Shown piece after piece: positions 25,340-38,200 of a DNA stretch of 64,000 nucleotides. Numbering within the stretch: the stretch's first letter is position 1; every line of letters starts with the position of its first letter. Below the pieces are notes generated by a model, which had not been told where the DNA came from, ran no database searches, and saw nothing but the letters and a program-made list of their open reading frames with translations. This stretch comes from a virus (lineage: Duplodnaviria > Caudoviricetes), in IMG/VR virus record IMGVR_UViG_3300047094_001064, positions 1,140 through 65,139 of that record. One strand, written 5' to 3'. The translations under genes were made by a program, and so were the position numbers.

Positions 25340-28300
25340 ATGGCAAAAAAATTACGTCAAAATTATTACTTTCAACCTGGTATACCTTTATCTAGTAATA
25401 GAAATCCTATTGCATATGCAAAAATTGTAGCAAATAAAGAATTTATAAAAGATGAAGTTGAGGCATATGTTAATCAGCAAAAGCTGGCTGGTAACGCTCC
25501 ATACATTGGTTATGTTTTTTCAAGTGCTGCATTACAAAATGATATTGATGCAATTATAGAAGCAGCAATATATGATTTACGATATGATGGTAACGCTTCG
25601 ACTAGAACAAAAGCTGCAACATATTGGGTAGGTGCAACTCCTATAATTTCTGGTACAAGAGTTCCTGAAACTACTTATATCACTTACTGTAGAAATATTA
25701 TCAATAATTATATTTTAACAAATACAATATATCCTACATTACAAAGTCCTGTAATGACTACTCAAAATATAAATTCTGCTACAACAGCAGAAGCAGGCGC
25801 AACTGCAAAAATTACTACTGGATTTACAACAATCACAGATACTATAACAAATGGATTATCTAGTTTACCTGTTCTATCTCCTAACGTAATTAGTTCTATA
25901 GAATTAATAGGAAAAGTAGATTTAAATGATTTATTATTAATTACAAATGTTACAGATAATGAAGTACTTTATAGTTTTGGTGATCCTCTAAGAGGAGCAT
26001 CAGTTACTTTCTCAGCTGCAAATTCTGTAAACTTTCCTAATGCATTAACAGTTGATAATGGTACAACAACAATTTATTTAAAATACAATACTGATGCAAT
26101 GGCAACTTCTGATATTTTACAAATATTTGAAGAAAATGCTGAAATGATTGTAAGACCTTACGATTTTGGAACAGATGCAATTGAGCGTATGAGAGTTGCA
26201 AGACCTCAAGCGATGATTGATGCTGACTTTGAATATGGATTACAACCTACTAAGTGGCAAGCAATTGCAACACAAAGAGGATATCCATCTACTTACGAAA
26301 TACCAGGTACAGAAAAAAATGTACAGTCTGTTACAACTGATGCCTCTGTTACAAGTGCTGGAGTTGGACCTTCAATTATTACTGTGACTACTCAAGGAGC
26401 GCATGGATGGAGTGTAGGACAACCTTTTACAATTAAAGCATTATCTCCGTCTACTTTAGGATTTTCAAGAGCTGAAGGAAGTTTTATTGTAAATAGTGTA
26501 CCAACTTCTTCTTCATTTACTTATTACGCTAAAGCAAAAGTTGGAACTTCAAGTGGACAAACAGTAGTAACTTCAACAACTCTTTTAAGAGAAGCAGGAT
26601 TTTATACTGGAGCAGGAGTAGGTAATCCTACATATTCAATATTTTCAAATGGTTCAAGTGGTTCTTTTTCAACGATATTAGCAGCGCCTCTAGGTGCTAC
26701 AAGTTTAACTTTTACAGGAGCAGTTCCACCAAGTGGCGCTCCTATAACTGCATCTTCAACAACTTCATCTGCTGCTTATATAACAGTAGGTACACAAGTT
26801 ACTTCAAATTCAGGAACAGGAGGAACAGTTTCAACAAATTACGTTGCTTCAGATGCTGCAAACGGTTCATCATCAGTTACACTTTCAACTGTATCGGGAT
26901 TAGTTCCAGGAATGGCTATTAATAATGGAACAGGAACACAAGCTATAATTACTAACATAGTAGGAAATACATTATCTTTAAGTTCTGCTTTAACAACATC
27001 ACTTCAAGGAGATGTTCAAACATACACAACTGTAGCATATTCAGAAATTTTATCAACTGGAGTAAATGCTAGATTTAACATTTCAAGAGCTGCTGGTTCT
27101 TATACTGTTTCGGGAATTTCTATACCGGGTTCAGGTTATGCTGTAGCAGACACTTTAAAAATTTTGGGTTCAGATTTAGGTGGAGTTGAAAATAATAATG
27201 AAACATATAATTCTGTAACATTAACTGAAATTGTATCAACAGGAACAAGTGCAACTTTTAACGTAAATAAAACTGCAGGAGTGTATGATACTGTAACGAT
27301 AAACAATGCAGGTACTGGATATTTTATAGGAGATGCAATTAATATACCAGGAACAAGTTTAGGAGGTACTTCTCCAACACACGATTTAAGTATTATTATT
27401 ACAGGTGTTACGAATGATACTACAGGTGGAGCAATTACAACAATTGGTTTTGGTGGAACTGCAAATGGTTCAGGTGCTTATACTGCAGTTTTTGGTACAA
27501 ATACTTCTACATTATCATCAGGACTTGATATTAATATTAATAGAAATGCTGGAGTATATACTGTTCCAACAATTAATAATGGTGGAAATGATTACTTTTT
27601 AGGTACAAGATTTTTATGTACAGGAACTTCTTTAGACGGAACTTCTCCTACAAATGATGCTGTAGTAAGAGTAGCTACTACAAGCGGAAGTGTTGTTACA
27701 TCAGTTACAATAACAGGAACTGCAGTTTTAGGAAATGATTTAATATTAAGAGTGGCAACACTTTCTGGTTCAGGTATTGCTACAGTAACAATAGTTTCTG
27801 GATTAGCTGTTGCAGGTACTGCAAACTATTCAAGTAGAATTCCTTATGCAACAAGTAATGGTTCTACTGGTGCTTCTGTTAATATAACAAGAAATGGTGG
27901 ATTATATACTTCCGCAGTTACTGCTGGGGGTAGTGGTTATGTTATAGGACAAAGATATAAAGTATTAGGAACTCAATGCGAAGGATTAGATGTTACGAAT
28001 GATGTGTTACTTACAGTAAGTGGTGTAAGTACAGGTGCTGTAACTACTTTTACTACAACTGGAACAGCTATTAGAGGTAGTCAAATTCCTATATATTCAA
28101 CATTAGCATTAAGTGCTCCTACTATATTAGCTTCTGCAGCAACTGCTACAGCGTCTTATGCTTCAATTGCTGTAGTTCAAGTTGATTTTGCATCACCACA
28201 CGGATTTGTCCCTGGTATGTCTTTATTATCTGTTGTTAGTTCTGATGCTGGTTCAAATAATCATAATTTAGCTTCTGGTCCTATTATAGTTAATGATATT

Positions 28301-30808
28301 CAAAGTTCTACTAGAATAAGATACACTGCAAGAGCATCAGGTACCATTTTAACGTTATTAAATGATTCTTCTGTAGGTGCTGCAAATATTCAAGGAACAA
28401 TTTACGTAAGACCAGATGCATTTTTTGTACATAGACCTTTTGATGGTGGAGTTCAATTAGGTACTGGAGGTCCTCAGCATGGAGGTCAAGCAATTCGTCA
28501 AAGTAAAAAATATATTCGTTATCAATCAGGAAAAGGCGCTATGTATAATACAGGTGCTCTTTTTGCTCCTAGTTATCAATTAAGAAGTGTTACTGCATCA
28601 GGAACAGCAGTAAATTCTTTAATTACAATTGTTGCAGATGATACTGACCACGGATGCCAAGTAGGTGCTGAAATTAGAATAGAAGGTGTTATTACGCCAG
28701 GTTATGACGGACACTATATTGTATCAAGTATTATTGATGAAAGAACTTTAACAGTTATTGCAACTAATGTTCTTTCTAATTCTACAGCTGAATTAAGTGC
28801 TGATGCTAAAATGAATTTATATAAATGGAAAGGGGCTGTTGTAAGATCAGGTCCTTATGATGATCAAAATGGAATATTTTGGCAATACGATGGAGAAGAA
28901 TTTTCTGTAGGAAGAAGATCATCTACATTTCAATTAGGCGGTACTATTGCAGTTAACACAAACTCAAATGCAATTACAGGTACAAATACAAGATTCGTTG
29001 ATCAATTAAAAGCTGGAGATAGAGTTGTTATAAAAGGTATGACACACGTGGTATCTAATATTACAAGTCAAACTTCAATGTCTGTTACTCCTGATTTTAG
29101 AGGTGTATCAAATGTATCTGGTGGTTCAATTTGTAAAGTACAAGATTTAATTATACCTCAATCAGAATGGAATTTAGATAAGTGTGACGGTACAGGACCA
29201 AGTGGATATGTAATAGATCCTACTAAAATGCAAATGATAGGTATACAATTTAGCTGGTATGGTGCTGGATTTATAGATTGGATGCTAAGAGGTCCTAACG
29301 GTAATTATGTATTCTGTCACAGATTAAAAGGAAACAATTTAAATACTGAAGCTTATATGAGAACAGGTAACGCACCAGTTCGATATGAAGTTTTAAATGA
29401 AATACCAAGTACTAGACTAGATGGAGCTATTAATAGTTCAGTAACAACTATTACAGTGGAAGATGTTACAGGTTTACCAACTTCAGGTGTTGTATATATT
29501 GATAATGAGCTAATTTCATATACAGGTAAAAATGCTACAGCAAATACATTAACGGGTTGCGTAAGAGGTACAACATTAACTAATTTTAATGCTGGAGCAA
29601 CACGTTCATACTCTGCTGGAGCCGCTGCTTCACACAATGATAATGCAGGAGTAGTTTACGTAACAAATACTTGTAGTCCGGCAATATCTCATTGGGGTTC
29701 TGCATATTTAATTGATGGAGAATTTGATGAAGATAGAGGATATATTTTTAACTATGCTCAAACAAACTTATCAGCAACAACTACTAAACAAACTGCATTT
29801 TTAATTAGATTAGCACCTAGCGTATCAAACGCAATTATAGGTGATCTAGGAGAAAGAGAATTATTAAATAGAGCTCAATTATTACTTGAAGGTATTGAAA
29901 TAACTTCAGATTCAGGTAGTACGGGTGCAATTATTGTAGAAGGTGTTTTAAATCCACAAAATTATCCTATTGATCCAGCTTCAGTATCTTGGACAACATT
30001 ACAAGGTGTTGCTCAAGGAGGACAACCTAGTTTTGCTCAAATTGCATCAGGAGGTTCTGTAACTTGGAAATCTGGAGCGGGTACAACAACTCAAACAGGA
30101 ACTACTACGGCTGCTTTAACTGCTTCAGCAATAATTGCTTATAACACAGGTAATGGTAGTTCAACACTATATTTTACTTCAGCAAGTTGGAACACAACAG
30201 GAATAGTTGTAGGATCATCAATTACAACTGCTGGATATAATAATGCTATTATAACTTCAATAACAGATTTTGGATTTTATACACAAGTTAATTTTAATAG
30301 ATCATTGCCTTCTACCAATTCTGGCGCAACAATTGCATTTACTTTTGCAGGTAATGCTTCAGCAGGTACAAGTATTTTATATTTTACAAAAGCATCTTTT
30401 GACTCTAGTGGCGCAATTGCAGGAACAACTGTTCAAGATGCAAAATTTCCAGCAAATACAAAAGTAGCTACAATATCACCTACACTTACATATGGTGGAG
30501 TGCAATACTATAGAGTAACATTTACTCAAAACGCTGTTTCTTCAGTTTCTGCTGGAGCCACAGTTACATTCCAATTCTTCCAACCTGCTTATGCATTACC
30601 AGGTGAAACCGTATTTTCATTCATTGCAAACTCAGGAGAAAGTAACAGTTTAGCTTTAGGAAAATTAAAAGAATTAACAACTACTACATTAGGTGGTAGA
30701 GGAACATTTCCAAATGGCCCAGATGTTTTGGCGATAAATATATACAAAGCTTCTGGTACTGCGGTTAATACAAACATATTATTACGTTGGGGAGAAGCAC
30801 AAGCTTAA
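25340..30808 (+). CDS. very large virion structural protein (paralogue of 15563..18739 with inserted modules)
   Basis: Same conserved blocks and RWGEAQA terminus; extra N-terminal helical domain and four beta-module repeats. Confidence 0.8.
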   Translation: MAKKLRQNYYFQPGIPLSSNRNPIAYAKIVANKEFIKDEVEAYVNQQKLAGNAPYIGYVFSSAALQNDIDAIIEAAIYDLRYDGNASTRTKAATYWVGATPIISGTRVPETTYITYCRNIINNYILTNTIYPTLQSPVMTTQNINSATTAEAGATAKITTGFTTITDTITNGLSSLPVLSPNVISSIELIGKVDLNDLLLITNVTDNEVLYSFGDPLRGASVTFSAANSVNFPNALTVDNGTTTIYLKYNTDAMATSDILQIFEENAEMIVRPYDFGTDAIERMRVARPQAMIDADFEYGLQPTKWQAIATQRGYPSTYEIPGTEKNVQSVTTDASVTSAGVGPSIITVTTQGAHGWSVGQPFTIKALSPSTLGFSRAEGSFIVNSVPTSSSFTYYAKAKVGTSSGQTVVTSTTLLREAGFYTGAGVGNPTYSIFSNGSSGSFSTILAAPLGATSLTFTGAVPPSGAPITASSTTSSAAYITVGTQVTSNSGTGGTVSTNYVASDAANGSSSVTLSTVSGLVPGMAINNGTGTQAIITNIVGNTLSLSSALTTSLQGDVQTYTTVAYSEILSTGVNARFNISRAAGSYTVSGISIPGSGYAVADTLKILGSDLGGVENNNETYNSVTLTEIVSTGTSATFNVNKTAGVYDTVTINNAGTGYFIGDAINIPGTSLGGTSPTHDLSIIITGVTNDTTGGAITTIGFGGTANGSGAYTAVFGTNTSTLSSGLDININRNAGVYTVPTINNGGNDYFLGTRFLCTGTSLDGTSPTNDAVVRVATTSGSVVTSVTITGTAVLGNDLILRVATLSGSGIATVTIVSGLAVAGTANYSSRIPYATSNGSTGASVNITRNGGLYTSAVTAGGSGYVIGQRYKVLGTQCEGLDVTNDVLLTVSGVSTGAVTTFTTTGTAIRGSQIPIYSTLALSAPTILASAATATASYASIAVVQVDFASPHGFVPGMSLLSVVSSDAGSNNHNLASGPIIVNDIQSSTRIRYTARASGTILTLLNDSSVGAANIQGTIYVRPDAFFVHRPFDGGVQLGTGGPQHGGQAIRQSKKYIRYQSGKGAMYNTGALFAPSYQLRSVTASGTAVNSLITIVADDTDHGCQVGAEIRIEGVITPGYDGHYIVSSIIDERTLTVIATNVLSNSTAELSADAKMNLYKWKGAVVRSGPYDDQNGIFWQYDGEEFSVGRRSSTFQLGGTIAVNTNSNAITGTNTRFVDQLKAGDRVVIKGMTHVVSNITSQTSMSVTPDFRGVSNVSGGSICKVQDLIIPQSEWNLDKCDGTGPSGYVIDPTKMQMIGIQFSWYGAGFIDWMLRGPNGNYVFCHRLKGNNLNTEAYMRTGNAPVRYEVLNEIPSTRLDGAINSSVTTITVEDVTGLPTSGVVYIDNELISYTGKNATANTLTGCVRGTTLTNFNAGATRSYSAGAAASHNDNAGVVYVTNTCSPAISHWGSAYLIDGEFDEDRGYIFNYAQTNLSATTTKQTAFLIRLAPSVSNAIIGDLGERELLNRAQLLLEGIEITSDSGSTGAIIVEGVLNPQNYPIDPASVSWTTLQGVAQGGQPSFAQIASGGSVTWKSGAGTTTQTGTTTAALTASAIIAYNTGNGSSTLYFTSASWNTTGIVVGSSITTAGYNNAIITSITDFGFYTQVNFNRSLPSTNSGATIAFTFAGNASAGTSILYFTKASFDSSGAIAGTTVQDAKFPANTKVATISPTLTYGGVQYYRVTFTQNAVSSVSAGATVTFQFFQPAYALPGETVFSFIANSGESNSLALGKLKELTTTTLGGRGTFPNGPDVLAINIYKASGTAVNTNILLRWGEAQA

Positions 30809-30814
30809 AAAAAT

Positions 30815-32284
30815 ATGCCGGCAATTATAACAAATAAATTTAGAATACACAACAGTGAACAGTTTGTAGAGTCTTTTTCTGAAGCTGCGTCTAACGCTTA
30901 TTATCTAGGTATTGGCGCTCCTTTATCTTGGGGAACATATACAAGAGCAGATTTAAGAACAGACAATACAGGTTCTGATAGTTCTCCTATTGTACCTGCA
31001 GACAGTGTTACAGAAGAATTTTATACTTTTGATGATTTATTAGCTGCTAAAAAAATTTCGGCTTCAAACGTAAGTTATGTTATTCCTAGAAGAAATTGGA
31101 CTGTGGGTACGATTTATGATATGTACAGAAATGATTATGGTAATAGAATAACAGGAACAACAACTACTTTAACATCAACAAGTGGTGCTTCAAATTTATT
31201 TGACTCAACTTTTTATGTTTTAAATTCCGCATACAACGTATATAAATGTTTAGATAATAATAATGGCGTTGCTTCTACAGTTGAACCTACAGGAACTTCA
31301 ACTTCTATACTTTCAACAGGCGATGGTTATAAATGGAAATTTATGTACACTTTAAGTGCCTCTCAACAAATAAATTTTTTATCTACAGATTTTATGGCTG
31401 TTCAAACAAACAGTACAGTACAAAGTGCAGCAGTAGATGGAGGAGTAAATATAATTAAAATTAAAAATGGTGGTACTGGAGGAACAAACGGCACTTATGC
31501 AGGTATTCCTTTAAGAGGAGATGGTTCAGGTGGATTTTGTACAGTAGTAATTTCAGGAACAGCTGTTACAAGTGTAACAGTTACAAGTGCAGGTACTGGT
31601 TATACTTTTGCTTCAGTAAGAAACGCTGATATTAATACTGCAAGTTCTGGATTCTTAACAGGAGCAGAATTAGATTGTATTATTGAACCTAAAGGTGGAC
31701 ACGGTTTTAACGCAGTAAAAGAACTTGGTGGATTTTTTGTTATGTTGAATATTAATTTAGAAGGAACAGAATCAGCAAACACTGGAGATTTTACAACTGA
31801 AAACGATTTTAGAAAAATAGTATTATTAAAAGACCCAGAATCATTAGGAAGTGTTGCAACAGCATCTACGTTAAGAACAACGAAAGCAATTAGAATTGCT
31901 GCTTCACCTACACCAGGAACTTTTCAAGTAGATGAAAAAATTAGTCAAGTAACTACAGGTGCTGTAGGTAGAGTCGTAGAATGGGACTCTGTTAATAGAA
32001 TTTTACATTATGTTCAAACAAGATTTGTAGATGGTGGTATTAATGCTAGTGGAAATTTAGTTGCATTTAGTGGAGCAAACATTATTACTGGCGCAACATC
32101 TGGAGCAACAGCTACTCCAAGTGCTTCTGCTAGTGAAACAGCTGATAGTATAACGTTTTCTAATGGTTATGCTGCTTCAGAATTAGATGTTGATAAAGGT
32201 GATGTTATTTACATTGAAAACAGAGCACCAATTACAAGAGCAGCGGACCAAACTGAAAATATTAAACTAATTATTGAATTTTAA
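30815..32284 (+). CDS. gp8: baseplate wedge subunit
   Basis: AIIT.KFRI.N, VIPR.NW..G..YD.YR, FYVLNS..NVYKCLDN, DGYKWKFMY, IY.ENR.PI.R..DQ.E.IK.IIEF. Confidence 0.9.
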   Translation: MPAIITNKFRIHNSEQFVESFSEAASNAYYLGIGAPLSWGTYTRADLRTDNTGSDSSPIVPADSVTEEFYTFDDLLAAKKISASNVSYVIPRRNWTVGTIYDMYRNDYGNRITGTTTTLTSTSGASNLFDSTFYVLNSAYNVYKCLDNNNGVASTVEPTGTSTSILSTGDGYKWKFMYTLSASQQINFLSTDFMAVQTNSTVQSAAVDGGVNIIKIKNGGTGGTNGTYAGIPLRGDGSGGFCTVVISGTAVTSVTVTSAGTGYTFASVRNADINTASSGFLTGAELDCIIEPKGGHGFNAVKELGGFFVMLNINLEGTESANTGDFTTENDFRKIVLLKDPESLGSVATASTLRTTKAIRIAASPTPGTFQVDEKISQVTTGAVGRVVEWDSVNRILHYVQTRFVDGGINASGNLVAFSGANIITGATSGATATPSASASETADSITFSNGYAASELDVDKGDVIYIENRAPITRAADQTENIKLIIEF

Positions 32285-32292
32285 AGGAAGAT

Positions 32293-35200
32293 ATGCCAAG
32301 TCCAACTGACTTTAATCTTTCTCCATACTATGATGATTTTAATGAAAATAAAAATTTTCATAGAGTACTGTTTAGACCTTCATTTGCAGTACAAGCGAGA
32401 GAATTAACACAGTCACAAACAATATTACAAAATCAGATTGAAAAATTTTCTGATCACGTCTTTAAAAAAGGCGCAATGGTCATACCTGGTCAAGTAGCAT
32501 TTGATTTAAATTACTATGCTATTAAATTAAGTGCTAAATCTTTAAGTAATATAAATTCATATATCGGTGTAATTTTAACAGGTGTAACTTCAGGAGTTCA
32601 AGCAGAAGTTGTTAATGCTGTAGCAAGTACTGGTACTGATCCTGATACTCTTTACGTTAAATATATTAAAACTGGAACTAATAATACTAGTTTTGTATTT
32701 ACGAATGGTGAAATTTGTAATTGTACCGTAAGTTCAGCTGCTCAGACAGTAACAGTTAATACAACTGCAACAGGTTCATCTGCATCAATTGCAAAAGGTG
32801 TTTATTATATTAATGGATATTACGTTACAATTTTAGATCAAACAATAATATTAGACAAATATACAGATACTCCAAGTTATCGTATTGGTGTTGATATAGT
32901 AGAATCATTTATAACTGCTAACGAAGATGGTACACTAGTTGATAATGCAGCAGGTACATCTAATTTTAATGCTCCAGGTGCACACAGATTTAAAATATCA
33001 TTAACACTATCAAAAAGAGCTTTAAATTCTGTTGATGATTCAAACTTTATAGAATTATTAAGATTAGAAAATGGAATACTACAAAATCAAATTAGAACAA
33101 CTGAATATTCTGTTTTAGAAGATACGTTTGCAAGAAGAACGTATGACGAATCAGGAGACTACAGTGTAAAAGATTTTGATATAGATTTAAGAGAACATTT
33201 ACTATCAGGAACTAATAGAGGTATTTACGCATCTGGTAATGGTGGGGTAGAAACAAAATTAGTAGCTGCAATTGGTCCTGGTAAAGCTTATGTTAAAGGT
33301 TATGAAATTGAAACAATAGGTACAACGTTTTTAGATGTTGATAAGGCAAGAGATTTTAGTACATCTAATAATTTTAAAACTAGATTTGATTTAGAAAGTT
33401 ATGTAAATGTTTCTAATGTTTATAATACTCCAGATATTACATACAATCCTGGAGAAACTGAAACATTTAAAAATGTAAATTTATACGACACCAGTACAAC
33501 TAATAATAGATTATCATATTTAAGTGCTACAGGAGCTGATGTAAGAGGTTCATTAAAATCTACATCTGGTGTGGCTGTACCTCAAATAGGTAGAGCAAAG
33601 TCTAGAGGTTTTGAATTAAATAATGGTATTGCAAGTTCTAATTTATTTGCAACATCATCTTTAACAAGTAACGTTTATAAACATTATCTTTTTGATATAG
33701 AAATGTTTACACATCTTAACGTATCTAAAGCAGTCGCATTTACTAACGGAGAAAAAATTACAGGAAGTACATCTGGAGCTACAGGTTACGTTCAAACTAT
33801 TTCATCATACAAATCGGCTGTAATTAGCAATATGTCTATTGCAAATCCTTCTATTGTTACTTCTACAGCTCATACATTTAAAGAAGGTATGCAAGTTGAG
33901 ATTTCAGGAGGTACTTGGTCAATTAATTCAGTTTCAGTTCTTACTGCTGCTGTTTATACAGTAAAAAATCCAACAGAAAATACTTTTGAATTATATGCAT
34001 CTAATGGAACTAGTCCTGTAAATGTTACATCATTTAGTTCTGGAGGAACTGCAAATCACGGTGTTGTTGTATTAGCTAACGTTTTAGGAATATTTACTAA
34101 TGGAGAAAGTATTACAGGGTCAACATCACTAGTAACATCAACAATACAAAATAACGTTTTAGGATTTCACGGTGTACAAAACTTTGATTTTTCTTCTGTA
34201 AAACAAATTGGTATGACAGGTGGAGCAGGAATAAACTATACTGCTGATACAGAAACTAGTGCAGCTTTTGGAGATAATTACCAACTATTTGGAACGTTTT
34301 CAATTGCAAACAATGGAACAGTAGTTACTGGTTATGGAACATTATTTTTAACAGAATTAAGACTAGGAGATACAATACATTTTACAGCTGACAATGGAAC
34401 TATTATAACTAAAATTGTTGAGTCTGTAACATCTAATACTAGTTTAACATTTTCAACTGCAGTAGGTGCATCTGATGTATCAACAAAAACAGTTGGTGTA
34501 AGAAGAAGATCGAAACTAAATGGATCTAATAAAAACATTTCAATATTTAAGTTACCATACGAAACTATCAAAACTTTAAAAACATCATCTAATAATAATA
34601 TTACAGATACAAATTTTTACGTAAGAAGAAATTTTATAGCATTATTATCTGCAAATGGTGATGCTCAAATAACTGCAGGAACAAATGAGACATTTACAGG
34701 ATTATCTGAAAGAGATTTCACTGTTTCTATTATAAATTTAGGCGCTGGTCCTTCTGGAAATATAGGAGATATTTTTAGTTTATCAGGAAATAATCACGAA
34801 GGCGATCCAATATTTACTTTAACAGGTACTCCTACTGGAAAAACTTTATCATTAGATTTTGGTGCAAATTTTGCAGGACATAAAATAAAAATAGTTGCCA
34901 CAATATCACGTACTGTTGCTAATGAAAAAACAAAAACGCTTGTATTAAATTCTAGTTTATCTATTTCAACTCAAACAACAATACAATCTGGTTTAATAGG
35001 TTTAAGTAAAGCAGATGTATACAGAATTAATGCAGTTTATATGTCAGCAAATTTTTCTACAAATGCTACATCTTCTGATACTGATATTAAATCAAGATTC
35101 GATTTAGATACTGGACAAAGAGATAATTTTTATGATATAGGTAGACTTAAATTAAAACCAGGTTCTCTTAATCCTACCGGTAGATTATTAATAGACTTTG

Positions 35201-38200
35201 ATTATTTTTCTCACGGTTCTGGAGATTATTTTTCTGTTGATTCTTATACAAGTGTTATTGACTATAAGGATATCCCTTCTTATACTTCAGATACTTCAGG
35301 ATTAACATATCAGTTACGTGATTGTTTAGATTTTAGACCTAGAGTTGATGATGCATCTATTGTTGTTGGTTCTGGTCAATTAAGACAATACAACGGATTG
35401 GGAGCATCTACCGTAGATCCTGTTCAATTCAATTCTGATATTACTACAGATTTAGAATATTATTTAAAACGATTTGATAAAATATTTTTAGATAAAGATG
35501 GTAATTTTAAAGTTGTTAAAGGAGCAAGTTCTTTAACTCCTCAACTTCCTAAAAATTTAGATAATGCTATGCATTTATTTACATTAGCTTTAAATAGTTA
35601 TACATTATCATTAAAAACTTCAGATATAGATATTGAAAAAATTGATAATCGAAGATATACAATGAGAGATATTGGTCGTTTAGAAAAAAGAATATCAAAT
35701 GTAGAATATTATACTCAATTATCTTTACTAGAAACACAAGCACAATCTTTACAAATACAAGATGCAGAAGGTTTTGACAGATTTAAAAACGGATTTATTG
35801 TAGACAATTTTACGGGTCACGGTATTGGCGATGTAGGTAATTTTGATTATAAAGTTTCTATGGATATGGCTGGTGGATTCCTTAGACCAATGTTTAATTC
35901 TGAATCTGTAAAATTGATTGAAGCAACAAGTTCAGGAAACACTACAATTTTAACAGCTGATAGACTAGCTTCTAATTATCAAAAAACTGGAGATTTAATT
36001 ACTTTACCTTACACAGAAGTAAATTTAATAGAACAACCTTATGCTAGTAAATATCTAAATGTTAATCCTTTTAATATATTTACTTGGGCAGGTTCAGTTG
36101 CACTTGATCCTCCAGGCGATGAATGGAAAGAAACAAATAGAGTTCCTGATTTATTAGTTAATGAAAGAGGTGCTTTTGATACAATGGTTGAAGCACTAGG
36201 TAATCCTAATTTAGATAGCGTAGAAATTGATACTGTATGGAATGAGTGGCAAGATTTTTGGCAAGGATCTTCAGCAGATAGAATTAGTAGCGAAAGTACA
36301 AGATGGGCTGGAAGAGCTCTTGTAAGAGATAGAACAATTGAAACATCACAACAAGTTTCTCAAACAAGAACAGGTATTAGAACATCTTTAGTACCTCAAG
36401 TTGTAAGAACTGCTTTGGGTGATAGAGTATTAAATATAGCATTTATACCTTTTATAAGAAGTAGAATAATAAATTTTACAGCTACAAGAATGAAACCAAA
36501 TACAAAAGTTTATCCATATTTTGATAATATAAGTATTGCTTCTTATATAACTCCTACAGGAGGAGCTCTTGGAGGAGATTTAATAACAAACGTAAATGGT
36601 TCTGTATCAGGTACTTTTAGTATTCCTGATTCTACTAATAATAATAATCCAAGATGGAGAACTGGTCAAAGAGTATTCAGATTAACTAGTTCAATTACAA
36701 ATTCAACAACAGATGTTGAAACTTCTGCTGAAGCAGATTATATAGCTAAAGGTTCTTTAGAAACTGTACAGAATACAATTGTATCAACAAGAGAGCCACG
36801 TTTAGTAAGAATTGACGTTAATGATACTAGAAATATTACAAGAACATCAACAAGAGAAACTTCTGATATTATAGGTTGGAATGATCCTCTTGCACAAACA
36901 TTTTTAATAGATAATACAGGTGGAGTATTCATTACTTCATTAGATTTGTATTTACAATCTAAAGATACAAATATTCCTATTACAGTACAAATTAGAGAAG
37001 TAGTAAATGGTTATCCTTCTAGGACTGTAATACCTTTTGGTGAAATAACATTAAATCCTTCTTCAGTTAATATCAGTGAAGATGCAAGTATTGCAACTAA
37101 GTTTACTTTCCCATCTCCTGTTTATCTACAAGAAAAAACTGAATATTGTTTTGTAGTATTATCTGATTGTAATAACTATAATGCTTTTGTTGCAAGATTA
37201 GGTGATACTCAAATTGGTTCAAATAGAACAATATCTGAAAATCCTTATGCTGGAGTATTATTTAAATCTCAAAATGGTTCAACTTGGACAGCTGAACAAA
37301 TGGAAGATATAAAATTTAAAATTAATAGAGCAGAATTTGAAAACGTAAGTGGTAGCGTTACTTTAGTGAACGATACTGTACCTACAAGAACATTAAATCT
37401 TAACCCTCTAAGAACAACGTCTGGTTCTGGTGTTATTACAGTTACTTGTAGAAATCACGGAATGCATAGTTTAACTAATAATGTTACAATTTCAGGTGTA
37501 CCTGCTGGAACATATAATGGTATAACTCATACACAAATAAATGGAACTTACACTTCTATTTCAAATGTTACTTTAGATACATTTAGTATTACTACTGCTG
37601 GTACTGCAACATCTACTGGTGACGTTGGAGGAAGTTCTGTTGTAACAACACAAAATAGATTATTTGATGTTGCTTGTTTAAATATTTCAACTATGACAGT
37701 TCCAGGAACTAGATTAGGATACTCTTTAAGAACAACAAGTGGAAGTTCAATACACGGCACAGAAACATCATTCTTATTAGAATCATCAAGTCAAGCAATC
37801 AATGTAACTCCTTCAGATAACATTAATTTTACTTCTCCTAGATTAGTTGCAAGTTCAATTAATGAAACTAATGAAATGTCAGGTAGTAAATCATTATTTA
37901 ATATTTTAACTTTAACTACTGAAAATACAAAAATTTCTCCTGTTTTAGATACCTCAAGAATGAGTATGGTTGCGGTACAAAATAGATTAAATAATCCAAC
38001 AGTTTCAAATACGCCAAATTTTGTTTCTGATTTTAACTCATCAGGAACATCATCAGCTGCAGTATATGTAACTAGACCTATATTGTTAGAAAATGCGTCA
38101 ACTGCATTAGATGTAAGACTAACTCAAAATGTAAGAACTTCATCTTCAGTAAAAGTATTTTATAGAGTAACTGGTGCTGATGAAGTTAGAAATATTAACG

